Below are positions 23,207-34,279 of a stretch of 64,000 nt of DNA, in pieces. Where the stretch lies: contig CBDBCE010000004.1 in assembly GCA_965203315.1 (NCBI GenBank), forward strand, positions 192,001 to 256,000, read 5' to 3'. This stretch comes from Nitrosopumilus sp. GTDB lineage: Archaea > Thermoproteota > Nitrososphaeria > Nitrososphaerales > Nitrosopumilaceae. The first letter of the stretch is position 1, and each line of letters starts with the position of its first letter. Below the pieces are notes generated by a model, which was not told the origin of the DNA, ran no database searches, and worked only from the letters and a program-made list of their open reading frames with translations. Both the position numbers and the translations under genes were made by a program.

Positions 23207-23241
23207 CTATAACGTTTTACAGATATGCTTAGGTAGTATAA

Positions 23242-24435
23242 ATGAGCGTAGCACCACAAGAGTTGGAGAACACTGTCATCAAGTGTGCCACGATGGCAAT
23301 AAAATGTGATTCAGAAGGAGCACGTGGCATGGCGATAACATACTATCAACACGCTGTAGATGGATTGGACAAGTTGATGAAGTTGTATCCTAGCAACAAG
23401 ATAAATGATGTCTATGTAAAACGTTACAAGACATATCAAAACAGAATCGAGACACTACAAAAGGCTCACAATATCGAACCTGCAATCGATCCCAACGCAA
23501 CCCTTGAAGAGCAACGGAGATCGGTTCAGAGACAAGAGGCTGAGAACGATTTTGAAGATTTGGTTATGAAAGAAAAGCCCGATATTACGTGGAACCAAGT
23601 TATTGGTCTAGAAGATGTGAAAAAATCACTACTGAACTCCATAGTTCGCCCCAGTACACGACCAGATGTATATCCGATTGGAGTACAACGAGGAATGTTG
23701 TTACATGGGCCACCTGGCACCGGCAAGACTATGCTTGCAGCTGCTACTGCAAACGAGGTTGATGGCTACTTTATCAATATAGACGGCGCATCGATTATGA
23801 GTAAGTGGCTTGGAGAAGCAGAGAAGAACGTCTCTAAAATATTCACTATGGCTAGAACGTATGCAGAAAAGGAGGGCAAACCTGTAATATTGTTCATTGA
23901 TGAGGTCGACTCGTTGTTAGCAGATCGAACCAGTGAGGTTGGTGGTGAGGTCAGAACAAAGAAACAGTTTCTTACAGAGATGGATGGTGTCTTGGATAAA
24001 GGAAAGAGTTTGATGCTTTATGTAATTGGAGCAACAAATAAACCGTGGAGTCTTGATGAAGCATTTTTGAGAAGGTTTGAAGCAAGAATCTATGTACCTC
24101 TACCGGACGAAGCGGCTAGACAGAAATTATTTGAACAGTACACTTCACGTCTCAGAACGACTCCTCAAGTTAATTGCGCCAACCTTGCGAAACTCTTCAA
24201 GGGGTACAGTGCAAGCGATATTCGAAGTGTCTGCATCTCTGCACAGAATCAAGTCGCCGATGAGCTCTTTAACTCTCCAGACTATCATGAACCTGTTGAG
24301 GGCGAAGAGTTGGCATTACCAAGAGAGATCACTCCTACTGATTTTAAAAATATCATGGGTAGCCGAAAGCCTAGTGTATCTCATGAGATGATTCGTGCAT
24401 ACGAAGAATGGAATAGGAACTTTAAAGCAAACTAG
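23242..24435 (+). CDS. cdvC: Vps4/CdvC-type AAA+ ATPase with MIT domain
   Basis: N-terminal three-helix MIT-like region, GPPGTGKT, SKWLGEAEK, LFIDEVD, ATNKPW.LDEAFLRRF. Confidence 0.85.
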   Translation: MSVAPQELENTVIKCATMAIKCDSEGARGMAITYYQHAVDGLDKLMKLYPSNKINDVYVKRYKTYQNRIETLQKAHNIEPAIDPNATLEEQRRSVQRQEAENDFEDLVMKEKPDITWNQVIGLEDVKKSLLNSIVRPSTRPDVYPIGVQRGMLLHGPPGTGKTMLAAATANEVDGYFINIDGASIMSKWLGEAEKNVSKIFTMARTYAEKEGKPVILFIDEVDSLLADRTSEVGGEVRTKKQFLTEMDGVLDKGKSLMLYVIGATNKPWSLDEAFLRRFEARIYVPLPDEAARQKLFEQYTSRLRTTPQVNCANLAKLFKGYSASDIRSVCISAQNQVADELFNSPDYHEPVEGEELALPREITPTDFKNIMGSRKPSVSHEMIRAYEEWNRNFKAN

Positions 24436-24462
24436 TGTATGCTGGTTACCGAGTTCTGTTAT

Positions 24463-24713
24463 TGGTTCTTTTAACTTGTTGGGGGTATTTGAAATTTAGG
24501 AGATCTCTTGGAAATTTACTGTCGATGGCAATCTCATAAACGATTCACAAAAAATTACATATTATTAAACAATTCATCTTGAATTATGTAAATTTTCGAT
24601 ATTTGGAGCATAAATCATGTATTTTTTAGTTTTTATCATGATAATTTTACTAGGAGTATAATTTCATGAACGCTCCCAAATTCCAAATATCCTCCGATAA
24701 GTTAAAAGAACCC
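24463..24713. repeat. MITE with ~40-bp imperfect TIRs (GGGTTCTTTTAACTT family)
   Basis: GGTTCTTTTAACTTGTTGGGGGTATTTGAAATTTAGGAG vs rc of CTCCCAAATTCCAAATATCCTCCGATAAGTTAAAAGAACCC; same termini at 44837/46356. Confidence 0.8.
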
Positions 24714-25091
24714 GATTCTCATCTCTAAGATTACACAGAACCTCAATTACTAAATTTTAAATAGTCATTCGTTTTACTATTACATGTAAGTCGCGTCTGA
24801 AACTCATAGGCGATCGGGGTAAGACCAGGTGGTGCTGTAAGCGATGTAGACAGACTTACAATTTCATGACGTGTACGTTAATACCTTCACGAATCTCGCC
24901 CCTACAATCTAACGTGATTGTCCTTTTTGGCTCTTTCTCTTTATTATTTCCCCATGCAACAATATCAGCTATAGTGTGAGCATCTCCTTTGTATGAATGA
25001 TCTAAGTCATTATCTTTTGCAAAACCTCGGCAATCCGAATCACATTCAAAGCAAACTTTACATACGCCGTGAAGCTGTAAAAAACAATCAA

Positions 25092-26346
25092 CAGTACTTC
25101 CAAATGTCTCTTTAAATAACGAAAATTATATAGAAATAGAAAGATCTATAAAGGGTTTCTAAAAATAACTTTTGTTGAAAAACAAAAATGAATTAAATGG
25201 ACAGCGATTTAGAAGACATTTAGAATATTCTCGATATACTGCATTTTTAAATGATTTAGATATTCCTGTGTCTAAAAAAAATAATGCAAAGTTTGGTAAA
25301 GAAGATGTTTTATCCATTATGTTTAAAACAGCCATGTCTAAAAGTACAATAACTGGACATTCAACTTCAATGAAAATGAGGAAAAAGCGTGCTCCATCTC
25401 CAGAATATTTTAGACTATTATTCAAAAAGGCAGCAGCTGATTTTGACAACTTTAAATTTAAAAGGTCAGTAAAAAGCAACATCGCAGCATTACAAGATAT
25501 GGGTCGTTGGTCTAAAGAGCCAAAAGATATAGCAATTGATCTGCACAAATATGCACGATATGATGACAAAACAGATACTAAACTATGCTATGGTCCGGTT
25601 GACGACAGATATGCATTACATGAAAAGTACATGACAGCACAAGTCATAAACGAAGGCGAAACACTAGTTGTGTCAAAACATGCCATGTACAAAGGAGACC
25701 AAAACCCCAATTTTGTGCGTAAAATCATCAAAGATTGTGAAGATCTGCGTCTGGACATTGGTAACTGGTTGATGGATCGTGAGTTTCTTACTACACAGAT
25801 CTTGCAGCTGCTGCAAGGTCGAGGTTACACATTTCTCACCATCTGTCAAAATAACGCCAAGACAAGGCGATATCTAGAAGAGTACAAACAAGGAAAACGT
25901 AAACGAGTATCAAAACGTACGATCTCTAATGGCAAAGGCTTGTCAATGGACTATTACATGATCATAGAAGAAATTGAAAAGGATGGTAAAATAGACTACA
26001 TTCCATTTGCAACAAACAATCCAAGAATTGATACAAAAAAATACGCAAAGCGATGGGTTATTGAAACTGGATATAGGGTAGTCGATAAGATGAGATTACC
26101 AACTACAACTAAAAATGAATCAGTAAGAGATTTGTTGTTTTCTTTTTCTCTTTTGTTTTATAATGCTTGGATCATAGCACGTAACATAGATGATGAAAAT
26201 GATCCATTGAATGTTGGTTGGTGGCACATTCCTCAACTTACGTTCAGAGATCTTGTGCTAGATTACATTGAACTCTATCGAGAAAAATGGCCTCCACCAA
26301 AGATTGCCGCTGCAGCTTGTTAATAAGCAGACAGTTGGAAGTACTG
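25092..26346 (+). mobile_element. ISH3-family insertion sequence
   Basis: TIR CAGTACTTCCAAATGTCT / rc CAGTACTTCCAACTGTCT; 5-bp TSD ATCAA. Confidence 0.92.
25172..26323 (+). CDS. ISH3-family transposase
   Basis: IAIDLH, LMDREF, YAKRWVIETGYR, LFYNAWII; paralogous to 9643..10761. Confidence 0.9.
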   Translation: MLKNKNELNGQRFRRHLEYSRYTAFLNDLDIPVSKKNNAKFGKEDVLSIMFKTAMSKSTITGHSTSMKMRKKRAPSPEYFRLLFKKAAADFDNFKFKRSVKSNIAALQDMGRWSKEPKDIAIDLHKYARYDDKTDTKLCYGPVDDRYALHEKYMTAQVINEGETLVVSKHAMYKGDQNPNFVRKIIKDCEDLRLDIGNWLMDREFLTTQILQLLQGRGYTFLTICQNNAKTRRYLEEYKQGKRKRVSKRTISNGKGLSMDYYMIIEEIEKDGKIDYIPFATNNPRIDTKKYAKRWVIETGYRVVDKMRLPTTTKNESVRDLLFSFSLLFYNAWIIARNIDDENDPLNVGWWHIPQLTFRDLVLDYIELYREKWPPPKIAAAAC

Positions 26347-26802
26347 ATCAATACGTTTTTGTACTAGTTCAAAGAGTACCTTGTTAAAAATACAAACAAG
26401 TTCGGCTTTACGAATCTTGTTTTTCATTAAATTATAAAATTCGTTAATTATGGTGTCTCTATCTATTCTAATGCATAGTCCTAGAGAATTTTTTCTGTCA
26501 AAATGTATTTTCGATATGATGTCTTCTTGTCTCTTTCTTTTTTTAATTCTGCTCATATGAATATTGTCATGTCCTATGCTGTTTACAGTCTGTTTGATAA
26601 TATCCTCAGTACCAATCACGATTGACATATATGTGTGATTACCTATATTTGGACGACCGGAAACATCCATTCCTGCAATTATCATAACCATCTTTTTTAC
26701 TTTTCAAAAAATACTATATTAATGCAATTGAGAATGTACGTAGCTGTTGAATATAGGTAACCGTATGTGGAGTCGAAAAGAAAGCGATCAGATGATGCCA
26801 AT

Positions 26803-27058
26803 GGATCTTTTCGATTTACGTGGGATAGCGTTTCACAAGGTTTTCCATAATTTTTCTTTAGGCAGTATGCGTATTATTGGGGGTGTTCCATGCCAATCAT
26901 CAAACATGACAACAATGAATCAATTTGCCTCTAGAAATTACACATGTGTTTTATTGTACCTTAAAACGTGAGTATGATGTAAGAAATACACATACAGTCT
27001 TTGATAGAATCTTGTAGTGTTTTCTGTAATTATTCTATCCAGTAAACCGAAAAGATCC
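26803..27058. repeat. IS6-derived MITE with a nested 141-bp MITE
   Basis: GGATCTTTTCGATTTACGTGGGAT ... GTAAACCGAAAAGATCC; GCCAAT on both flanks; contains 26860-27000. Confidence 0.8.
26860..27000 (-). repeat. 141-bp MITE (AGACTGTATGCGTATT family), reverse orientation
   Basis: Reverse complement of the copies at 36760, 38635 and 46924. Confidence 0.85.
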
Positions 27059-27094
27059 GCCAATAGTACTATTATCACTGTATCTAGTCAATAG

Positions 27095-27430
27095 TTATAG
27101 AAGTTTTAATTCTAAATTCGATAAAGCACTCAGTGCCTCATCTCTATATTCTAGAGTTATTTCCGACTCTTCGTATCTGGCACTCATGCTCGCTTCAAAC
27201 AAAAAATTATATTCATCTTTTACATGTGGGATGTGTTTCTTTACCATCTTTTTTCGTGAGGTGTGATTGTCGGTCGATGCATATTCATTTCTTTCAAAAT
27301 AGTCATCAACCAAATGCAATGTAGCATAAAATAATATGGTTACTTGTCAGTCATAAGAATTTGATTCACTCTTACGTAGCTGCTCAAATATCTCCTTGTT
27401 GTGCTTGTATCTCTCGTAGTGCCACGTCAT
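27095..27430 (-). pseudogene. HEPN-like toxin, nonsense-mutated
   Basis: MTWHYERYKHNK...SYD*QVTILFYATLHL...SARY; TGA at 27347-27349 where paralogs have Trp. Confidence 0.75.
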
Positions 27431-27435
27431 GAGTG

Positions 27436-27840
27436 CTATTCTCTCTTAAAAACAGTGGTTGTGTTGTCTAGGCGCTTTGATTTAATTTCAGATGCCTTGA
27501 AAAATAACATCTCCATATCAGAGTCGGGAAATTGATCTTCCAGTTTACCAAATTTTTTAAATATCGTCTTGACTGCAAAGCTAAAGTCATCATGTTCATA
27601 AATTACAATTAGTTTGATTACATTACAATGAAAATTGTTTTCGTAACATACCTGTTTTATGAAATCAAGATCAAACGCCTCAACAATTTTGGGCTTTATG
27701 CTATCCATGTCTATCTCTTGTTGGGAGAGTCTATTTACGCTAGTTTGCAGCTGATCCATACTAGTTTGCAATTGTTTGATTCGAGTCAACATTTCACTCA
27801 TCTCTGATTTCTCTGCACGCTTTACCTGAACACTAGCCAT
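27436..27840 (-). CDS. Putative antitoxin (coiled-coil plus degenerate MNT-like domain), paralog 1
   Basis: DFIKQVCYENN...IKLIVIYEHDD shared with 52284 and 55122; precedes the HEPN-like gene. Confidence 0.65.
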   Translation of the reverse strand: MASVQVKRAEKSEMSEMLTRIKQLQTSMDQLQTSVNRLSQQEIDMDSIKPKIVEAFDLDFIKQVCYENNFHCNVIKLIVIYEHDDFSFAVKTIFKKFGKLEDQFPDSDMEMLFFKASEIKSKRLDNTTTVFKRE

Positions 27841-27896
27841 TTTTCAGTCACTGTGATATCTGCTATTTAAGACATAAATTCTTTATGTATATACCG

Positions 27897-28014
27897 CTTT
27901 CTCTTCGATTTACGTGGAATAGATATTCACAAGGCTTTTTCCATAATTTTCACTTGTAGAATCTCGTCGTACTTTTTCTATAATCGTTCTATCTCGCGTG
28001 AATCAAAAATATCC
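27897..28014. repeat. IS6-derived MITE (degenerate)
   Basis: CTCTTCGATTTACGTGGAATAG ... CTCGCGTGAATCAAAAATATCC. Confidence 0.7.
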
Positions 28015-28515
28015 GTTACTCGTATAACCCTCGTGTATAAAGATCAAGCCACAATCAAATTCCTAGTCGCAATGATGACCTTGTCTCAATATGGATGTAG
28101 ATGATCTTTGATCTAAACTTCTAATTAAACGGATAGAATTTATGTTTTGAATGTATTGATCCATGATTGTAGATCGGTCTCATATGCGTGTGCGAAACCA
28201 AAGAATCGACATGTTTTGTGTGATCGAAACAATCGTGATTATCTGTCAAATTGATCTAGTGAATAGCCATGAAACCACGCCTTGCCGACGATCATGTTGA
28301 TCATACGATGCATTGCTATTCATATGGTTTAGTATATCTCAACTGCTATCAAACTTGGTAATTTTTAATGAAATGTTTGGTTTTAGTCCCTCAATGAGAC
28401 ATGGTTCTGGGCATTCTTGTGGGAAGAGATCTGTTGGGAGAGATCAAAAAAGCTTAAATTCACTTTATTATCGACTCAATTAGGGTTAAGAATTAAAACA
28501 AAAAAATCAGTCCAT

Positions 28516-29649
28516 GTGAAAAAGTTTGCAAAACTGATCCTCAGTGACGGAACCGTACTTGAGGGTCAAGGTTTTGGATACTCTACTATCTCCTTTGGTG
28601 AGATCGTATTCAATACTGGGATGGTTGGTTATACTGAAGCACTAACTGATCCATCGTACAGAGGTCAGATCTTGACATTGACGTATCCTCTAGTTGGTAA
28701 TTATGGCGTTCCAGATCCATCGATCAAAGACAGGTATGGGATACCAAAGTTCTTCGAGTCTGATGTGATCCAACCTAGGGGTTTGGTAGTTCACGAGCTA
28801 TCTCTTACCGCGAGTCATTGGAACATAGCAATGACTCTTGATGAGTGGATGTATAAACACAAGATTCCAGGAATATCTGGGATCGATACACGAGAGCTTA
28901 CAAAGAAACTGAGAACAGGTGGTGTGATGATGGCAGCACTCGCAGTCTCTGATGACTATATCGATACATCTGTTGTCCAAGATCAACTAAAGACAGCAAC
29001 ACCATACAACTCGGAGCAGTTTATGAGTCAGGTATCTACAAATGAGGTTAAAAGGTATGGGAATAGTTCTAATGTTGTAGTTGTGATTGATACAGGTACA
29101 AAATATGCGATACTACGAAATATTCTAGATATGGGGTACAAAGCTGTGTTGCTTCCATGGGACTCTACGTTTAAAGATATCATGTCACACAATCCAAAAG
29201 GTGTGGTTCTTAGCAGTGGGCCTGGCGATCCACAAAAATGTCCCAACACAATCGAGACTGCAAAGAGTTTGATTAAAAATAACGTTCCAACTTTGGGAAT
29301 ATGTTTGGGAGCTCAGATCATTGGAATTGCAGGAAATACAGAGACATACAAGTTAAAGTATGGACATCGTGGACAAAACAAGCCTTGTATCAATCTCTTA
29401 AACAATCAAGTGTATGTTACTAGTCAGAATCATGGTTATGGTATAACTCCTGAATCGTTAACCCGATCTGAATTTGATTTATGGTTTACAAACGCAGACG
29501 ACAAGACAGTTGAAGGAATACGACATAAAACAAAGAGCTGTATAGCCGTACAGTTCCATCCAGAAGCATCGCCGGGTCCATACGACTGCAAGTTCGTCTT
29601 TGAAGAGCTACGATCCCTTATGGAGGAGGAAGTACCTGCCAAAGCGTGA
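28516..29649 (+). CDS. carA: Carbamoyl-phosphate synthase small subunit
   Basis: GEIVFNTGMVGY.E.LTDPSY.GQI, GICLGAQ, YGHRGQN, QFHPEASPGP; likely GTG start at 28516. Confidence 0.95.
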   Translation: MKKFAKLILSDGTVLEGQGFGYSTISFGEIVFNTGMVGYTEALTDPSYRGQILTLTYPLVGNYGVPDPSIKDRYGIPKFFESDVIQPRGLVVHELSLTASHWNIAMTLDEWMYKHKIPGISGIDTRELTKKLRTGGVMMAALAVSDDYIDTSVVQDQLKTATPYNSEQFMSQVSTNEVKRYGNSSNVVVVIDTGTKYAILRNILDMGYKAVLLPWDSTFKDIMSHNPKGVVLSSGPGDPQKCPNTIETAKSLIKNNVPTLGICLGAQIIGIAGNTETYKLKYGHRGQNKPCINLLNNQVYVTSQNHGYGITPESLTRSEFDLWFTNADDKTVEGIRHKTKSCIAVQFHPEASPGPYDCKFVFEELRSLMEEEVPAKA

Positions 29650-32600
29650 GACACTATCAAAGATCCTCGTGTTGGGCAGTGGGGCAATAAAGATCGGAGA
29701 AGCCGGCGAAAGTCGCTAAAACGACCGTCAATTTGACTACTCCGGGAGCCAATGCCTCAAAGCGATACGCGAGGATGGGTTAAAGAGCGTTCTGATAAAT
29801 CCCAACATTGCAACTATACAGACTGATACGCGGTTTGCAGATAATGTCTATTTGTTACCGGTAAATCCAGAGTATGTTGAATCGATAATCGAGAAAGAAC
29901 GACCAGATGGAATAATGCTTGCCTATGGTGGACAGACAGCACTAAACTGTGGCGTGCGATTACACGAATCTGGAGTATTTCAAAAGTATGGGATCAACGT
30001 TCTTGGTACTCAGGTACCGGGAATTCAACGTACAGAAGATAGACAGTTGTTCAAAGACGCAATGCGTGAAGCAGGTGTACCTGTACTGAATAGTAAAACC
30101 GTGACAAACTTTGAAGATGCAAAAGAGGTAGCTAAAGAACTGAACTATCCTGTGATAATTCGAGTTGCATATACGCTAGGTGGTAGAGGTGGAGGTGTTG
30201 CACACAATGAGATTGAACTACACGAGATAGTTGAACGAGGTATCAAGGCATCTCTAGTTGGCCAAGTTTTAGTTGAAGAGTACATCGGACATTGGAAGCA
30301 GATCGAGTATGAGATAATGCAAGACTATGATGGCAATAATGTCATTGTATGTAACATGGAGAACGTACTGTCCATGAAGGTTCATACTGGCGATAATATT
30401 GTGGTGGCTCCATCACAGACGATAAACAATCACGAGTATCACATGCTGCGCACTGCGGGGCTTTGCGCAACAAAACACGTTGGAATTGTTGGAGAATGTA
30501 ATATTCAATACGCTCTCGATTCAGACTCTGACAGATTTGTTGCAATCGAGATAAATCCAAGACTCTCTCGTTCTTCGGCACTAGCAAGCAAAGCAACCGG
30601 TTATCCACTAGCGTACATGTCGGCCAAGATAGGTCTAGGTTACAATCTATCTGAACTTGTAAATCGAATAACAAAGAGTACTACTGCATGCTTTGAACCC
30701 TCTCTTGACTATATTGTATGTAAACACCCACGATGGGATTTTGCAAAGTTTGAGTTGGTAAATCCTAGACTTGGACCAACTATGAAGTCTGTCGGCGAGG
30801 TCATGGCGATCGGTCGTACATTTGAAGAGTCGTTACAAAAGGCGATAAGGATGCTCGGTATCGGAAATGACGGCCTGGTGCTAAACCGTAATCGAGACAT
30901 ACAATACAACGAGGAAGAGATCGAAGATCGTCTAGCACATCACGATGACAAGATACTGTACAATGTTGCACTGGCACTAAAGATGGGAATATCCGTAGAA
31001 AAGATATATCAACTATCTTCTATAGATCCGTGGTTTATCGAAAAGATACAAAATATCGTAGACATGGAATCCAAATTAAAGAATCGAGAGCTGAATTCAA
31101 GTCTGATGAGATCTGCAAAACAGATCGGATTCTCTGACCGTCAAATAGCACGTAGTACAAATCAGACCTCAGATCAGATTCGAGATGTGCGTAAAGAGAT
31201 GGGTGTCATACCTGTTGTCAAACAGATCGATACTCTGGCTGCCGAGTGGCCAGCAGTTACAAACTATCTCTATCTGACGTATGGCGGTGTCACAAGTGAT
31301 ATTGAGACAAAGCCTGATGAGCAAGGCGTAATAGTTGTAGGTGCAGGACCATACAGAATAGGAAGCAGTGTAGAGTTTGATTGGGGAACGGTAAATATGG
31401 TCTGGGGACTACAACAGAATGGACAAAAGAACGTCTCTGTAGTGAACTGTAATCCAGAGACTGTGTCTACAGATTATGATATCTGTACTAGACTATACTT
31501 TGAAGAGTTGACTCTTGAGAGATTGCTAGACATTGCAGACTTTGAATCTCCACACGGTGTAGTGACATGTGTTGGTGGTCAGACTGCAAACAATCTGACT
31601 CTTGGACTGGCACAACATGGGATCAACATAATGGGTACATCTGCAGCCGATGTTGATAGGGCTGAAGATAGATCCAAGTTTAGTGCTGAATTAGACAAAT
31701 TACACATACAGCAGCCAAAGTGGCAAGCGTTTTCAAATATTGGTGCAGCAAGAGAGTTTGCTCAAAGAGTAGAGTTTCCCGTGATCGTCAGACCATCGTA
31801 TGTGTTGTCTGGCGCAGCGATGAAGGTTGTATGGTCGTCAGATGAGCTCAAGAGATACGTCAAAGAGGCCACAGACGTATCTCCAGATCATCCGGTAGTG
31901 ATATCAAAGTTTATGCTCAACTCACTAGAGGTTGATGTAGATGGAGTCTCTGACGGTACCCATGTTATAATCGGTGCAATCGTTGAACATATCGATAGTG
32001 CTGGAGTTCATTCTGGTGATGCAATGATGTGTATTCCACCATGGCGACTTGGCAACAAGATCATCGAGACCATCAACGAGTATACGGAAAAGATTGCGTT
32101 GACGTTTAATGTGCGTGGTCCATTTAATCTACAGTTTTTGATACACGATGATCATGTATATGTAATAGAACTGAATATACGTGCATCACGTTCCATGCCT
32201 TTTGTATCAAAACTTGTAAAGACAAATCTCATATCATTGGCATCACGAGCGATCTTGAATAAACCCCTTCCAGCGATACCTAAGAATCATTGGCAAAAGA
32301 TCAACAACTTTGGAATCAAAGTTCCACAGTTCTCGTTTATGCAACTAGATGGCGCAGATATTGCATTGGGCGTTGAGATGCAGTCTACTGGTGAGGCTGC
32401 ATGCTTTGGTACTAGCTTTTATGATGCTCTATCAAAAGGACTGACCTCTGTAGGGTATAATTTGCCAGAGAAGGGTACAGCGCTAGTTACCGTCGGCGGT
32501 GCACAGAACAAGGAAAAGCTAGTCGCATCGATCGCCAAGCTTCGAGATTTAGGATTCAAGATCTTGGCGACTGAACACACTGCAGAATTTTTAGAGTCAA

Positions 32601-32905
32601 AGATAGGTTCAGTAGAGATCGTTCACAAGATATCAGAGCCGGATCGAAAGCCAAACATTGCAGATCTCTTGTACGAGCGCAAGATAGACTTTATCATCAA
32701 TATACCAAGCACGTCAACTCTGGAAAAATATGTGGGAATGCTATACGACGAGTATCAGATACGACGCAAGTCTCTGGAGTTGGGTATCCCGGTACTGACT
32801 ACACTCGAACTCGCAGACTCTTTTGTAAAGACCCTCGAGTGGCTGAGAAACAACAATACAACAAAAGATGCTATAGAGCCATACGATGATGTTGATCTTA
32901 GATGA
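29636..32905 (+). CDS. carB: Carbamoyl-phosphate synthase large subunit (~1082 aa after removing 29711-29731)
   Basis: CTG start after GGAGGAGG; PKRETLSKILVLGSGAIKIGEAGE|FDYSGSQCLKA...NPNIATIQTD continues in frame with ORF 29852..32905 (two ATP-grasp halves and MGS domain). Confidence 0.93.
29711..29731 (+). other. Candidate 21-nt bulge-helix-bulge-type mRNA intron in carB
   Basis: AGTCGCTAAAACGACCGTCAA with in-frame TAA (29717-29719); central helix GGCG/CGTC, bulge AA^A, intronic stem GTCG/CGAC, 3' site AA^T; excision gives GAA|TTT. Confidence 0.8.
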
Positions 32906-33644
32906 CTTTACTAATGACTGCCTCGTCTCCGATTATGATTCCATCTAGTGTCATGATCCTTCCTCTTGACATCTCTGATACTCTGTTTATTATGGGTGAT
33001 ATCGATCGTTTATGATTGGTCTTGTGTGACGCATAAAAGTATCGATTAAACGACGGAACTATTGTGAGTTCTATATGGCCACTCCTGCTTGAGAATATGT
33101 TTGATCTGTTGGTCTGAAATGATACCCATACTCGCTGTCCATTCATTACCGAGTTCTCTTGAAAGAATACTGGATGCAGATGACCCATTACAATCTTGTC
33201 GACATAGCCTAGGCTATCTTGTGGCATTGCATGTCCATGTGTCAATAGTACATTCTCAAGTACCATCCCTGTCGTACTGATCATCGTAACCTCTCTAGGG
33301 ATCAATCTATCTATGCCTGTGTCGTGATTTCCAGGAACTATGACTACATCACACATCTCTGATATTGCAGATAAAAATTTGGGTACCTCTCTCCACTCAA
33401 ACTCTGTGATGTGAGTTACACTCGACTTGATATCTCCTAACAGAACAACCATGTCTGGTCTATGTGCTGATATGATATCGCTCAACTCTGTAATGGTCTC
33501 ATCTGTAGTCGAGTTTACATGGATCTCGTTGGTTGTCATCGTACTCTCAAATCCTATATGTATGTCAGTTACTACTAGACTACGTTGCTCACCCTCTAGT
33601 AGCAGAGCTGGTTTTGATGGAATGATCTTTGCACGTAACATCAA
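32898..33644 (-). CDS. Metallophosphoesterase (calcineurin-like)
   Basis: DIHIG, LGDIK, GNHD, THGH, GHLHP, PSFN. Confidence 0.9.
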   Translation of the reverse strand: MMLRAKIIPSKPALLLEGEQRSLVVTDIHIGFESTMTTNEIHVNSTTDETITELSDIISAHRPDMVVLLGDIKSSVTHITEFEWREVPKFLSAISEMCDVVIVPGNHDTGIDRLIPREVTMISTTGMVLENVLLTHGHAMPQDSLGYVDKIVMGHLHPVFFQENSVMNGQRVWVSFQTNRSNIFSSRSGHIELTIVPSFNRYFYASHKTNHKRSISPIINRVSEMSRGRIMTLDGIIIGDEAVISKVI

Positions 33645-33675
33645 GATTATAGTATGGTTGTGACATTAAATCCTT

Positions 33676-33978
33676 GTGCGATACGGATCGAGTAGATTGG
33701 ATGATATGCTGATCGAGGGGCGTGTAAAACTACACATATTTGAACCAAGTATGAGAAAGATATGGACGGTTGTAGGTACCAACAGAGAACACTGGGCAGA
33801 TCCTACCATCTCGTACTGTTCATGTAGTGGCTTTTATTTTGCAAAACTTGGTGGAAAGAATCGATGTTATCATTTGGATCTGATACAGTTGGCAGAACGT
33901 CATGACCATGTTGATACAATACATTTTGCAGATGAAGAGTTTGTAAATTTTGTATCCGCAATGATTCATGACATGTAA
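33676..33978 (+). CDS. SWIM zinc-finger protein
   Basis: YCSCSGF...CYH motif. Confidence 0.75.
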   Translation: MRYGSSRLDDMLIEGRVKLHIFEPSMRKIWTVVGTNREHWADPTISYCSCSGFYFAKLGGKNRCYHLDLIQLAERHDHVDTIHFADEEFVNFVSAMIHDM

Positions 33979-33985
33979 TTCTAGT

Positions 33986-34100
33986 GGATCTCTTCTGTTT
34001 ACGTGAGATACGGTTACAGAAAAAGCACGACAAGACTCTACAAGTGAAAATTATGGAAAACGCCTTACGAAAAACCATCTCATGTAAATCCAAGAGATCA
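33986..34100. repeat. IS6-derived MITE
   Basis: GGATCTCTTCTGTTTACGTGAGAT ... ATCTCATGTAAATCCAAGAGATC; an extra right-end fragment lies near 34204-34227. Confidence 0.75.
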
Positions 34101-34279
34101 CTATTATCGTCTTTTAGAGACATGCATAGTCGATCATAGTTGACCATTTCATAAACAGAACAATCAGATTAATGACTTCATAATCGACTTGACCTGATGA
34201 AATATCATCCCATGTAAATCAGAGATCACTCACATGGACAAATATAGCACCTTTTAAGTAAACTTTGTAATTACATATC

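Larger units (their letters stand above)
24856..26691 (-). pseudogene. RNase H-fold (DUF3800-like) protein, ~191 aa, split by ISH3
   Basis: Removing IS 25092-26346 plus TSD gives in-frame IAGMDVSG...QKRID|CFLQLHG...TIADIVAWGN...MKL*. Confidence 0.75.

Noticed and set aside
24451-24743. Possible outer inverted repeat GAGTTCTGT / ACAGAACCTC around the MITE
   Set aside because: Too short and imperfect, with no TSD
29717-29719. Stop-codon readthrough or simple pseudogenisation of carB
   Set aside because: Readthrough would leave a 7-aa insertion in an invariant motif, the rest of the gene shows no decay, and the splice geometry explains the boundaries exactly
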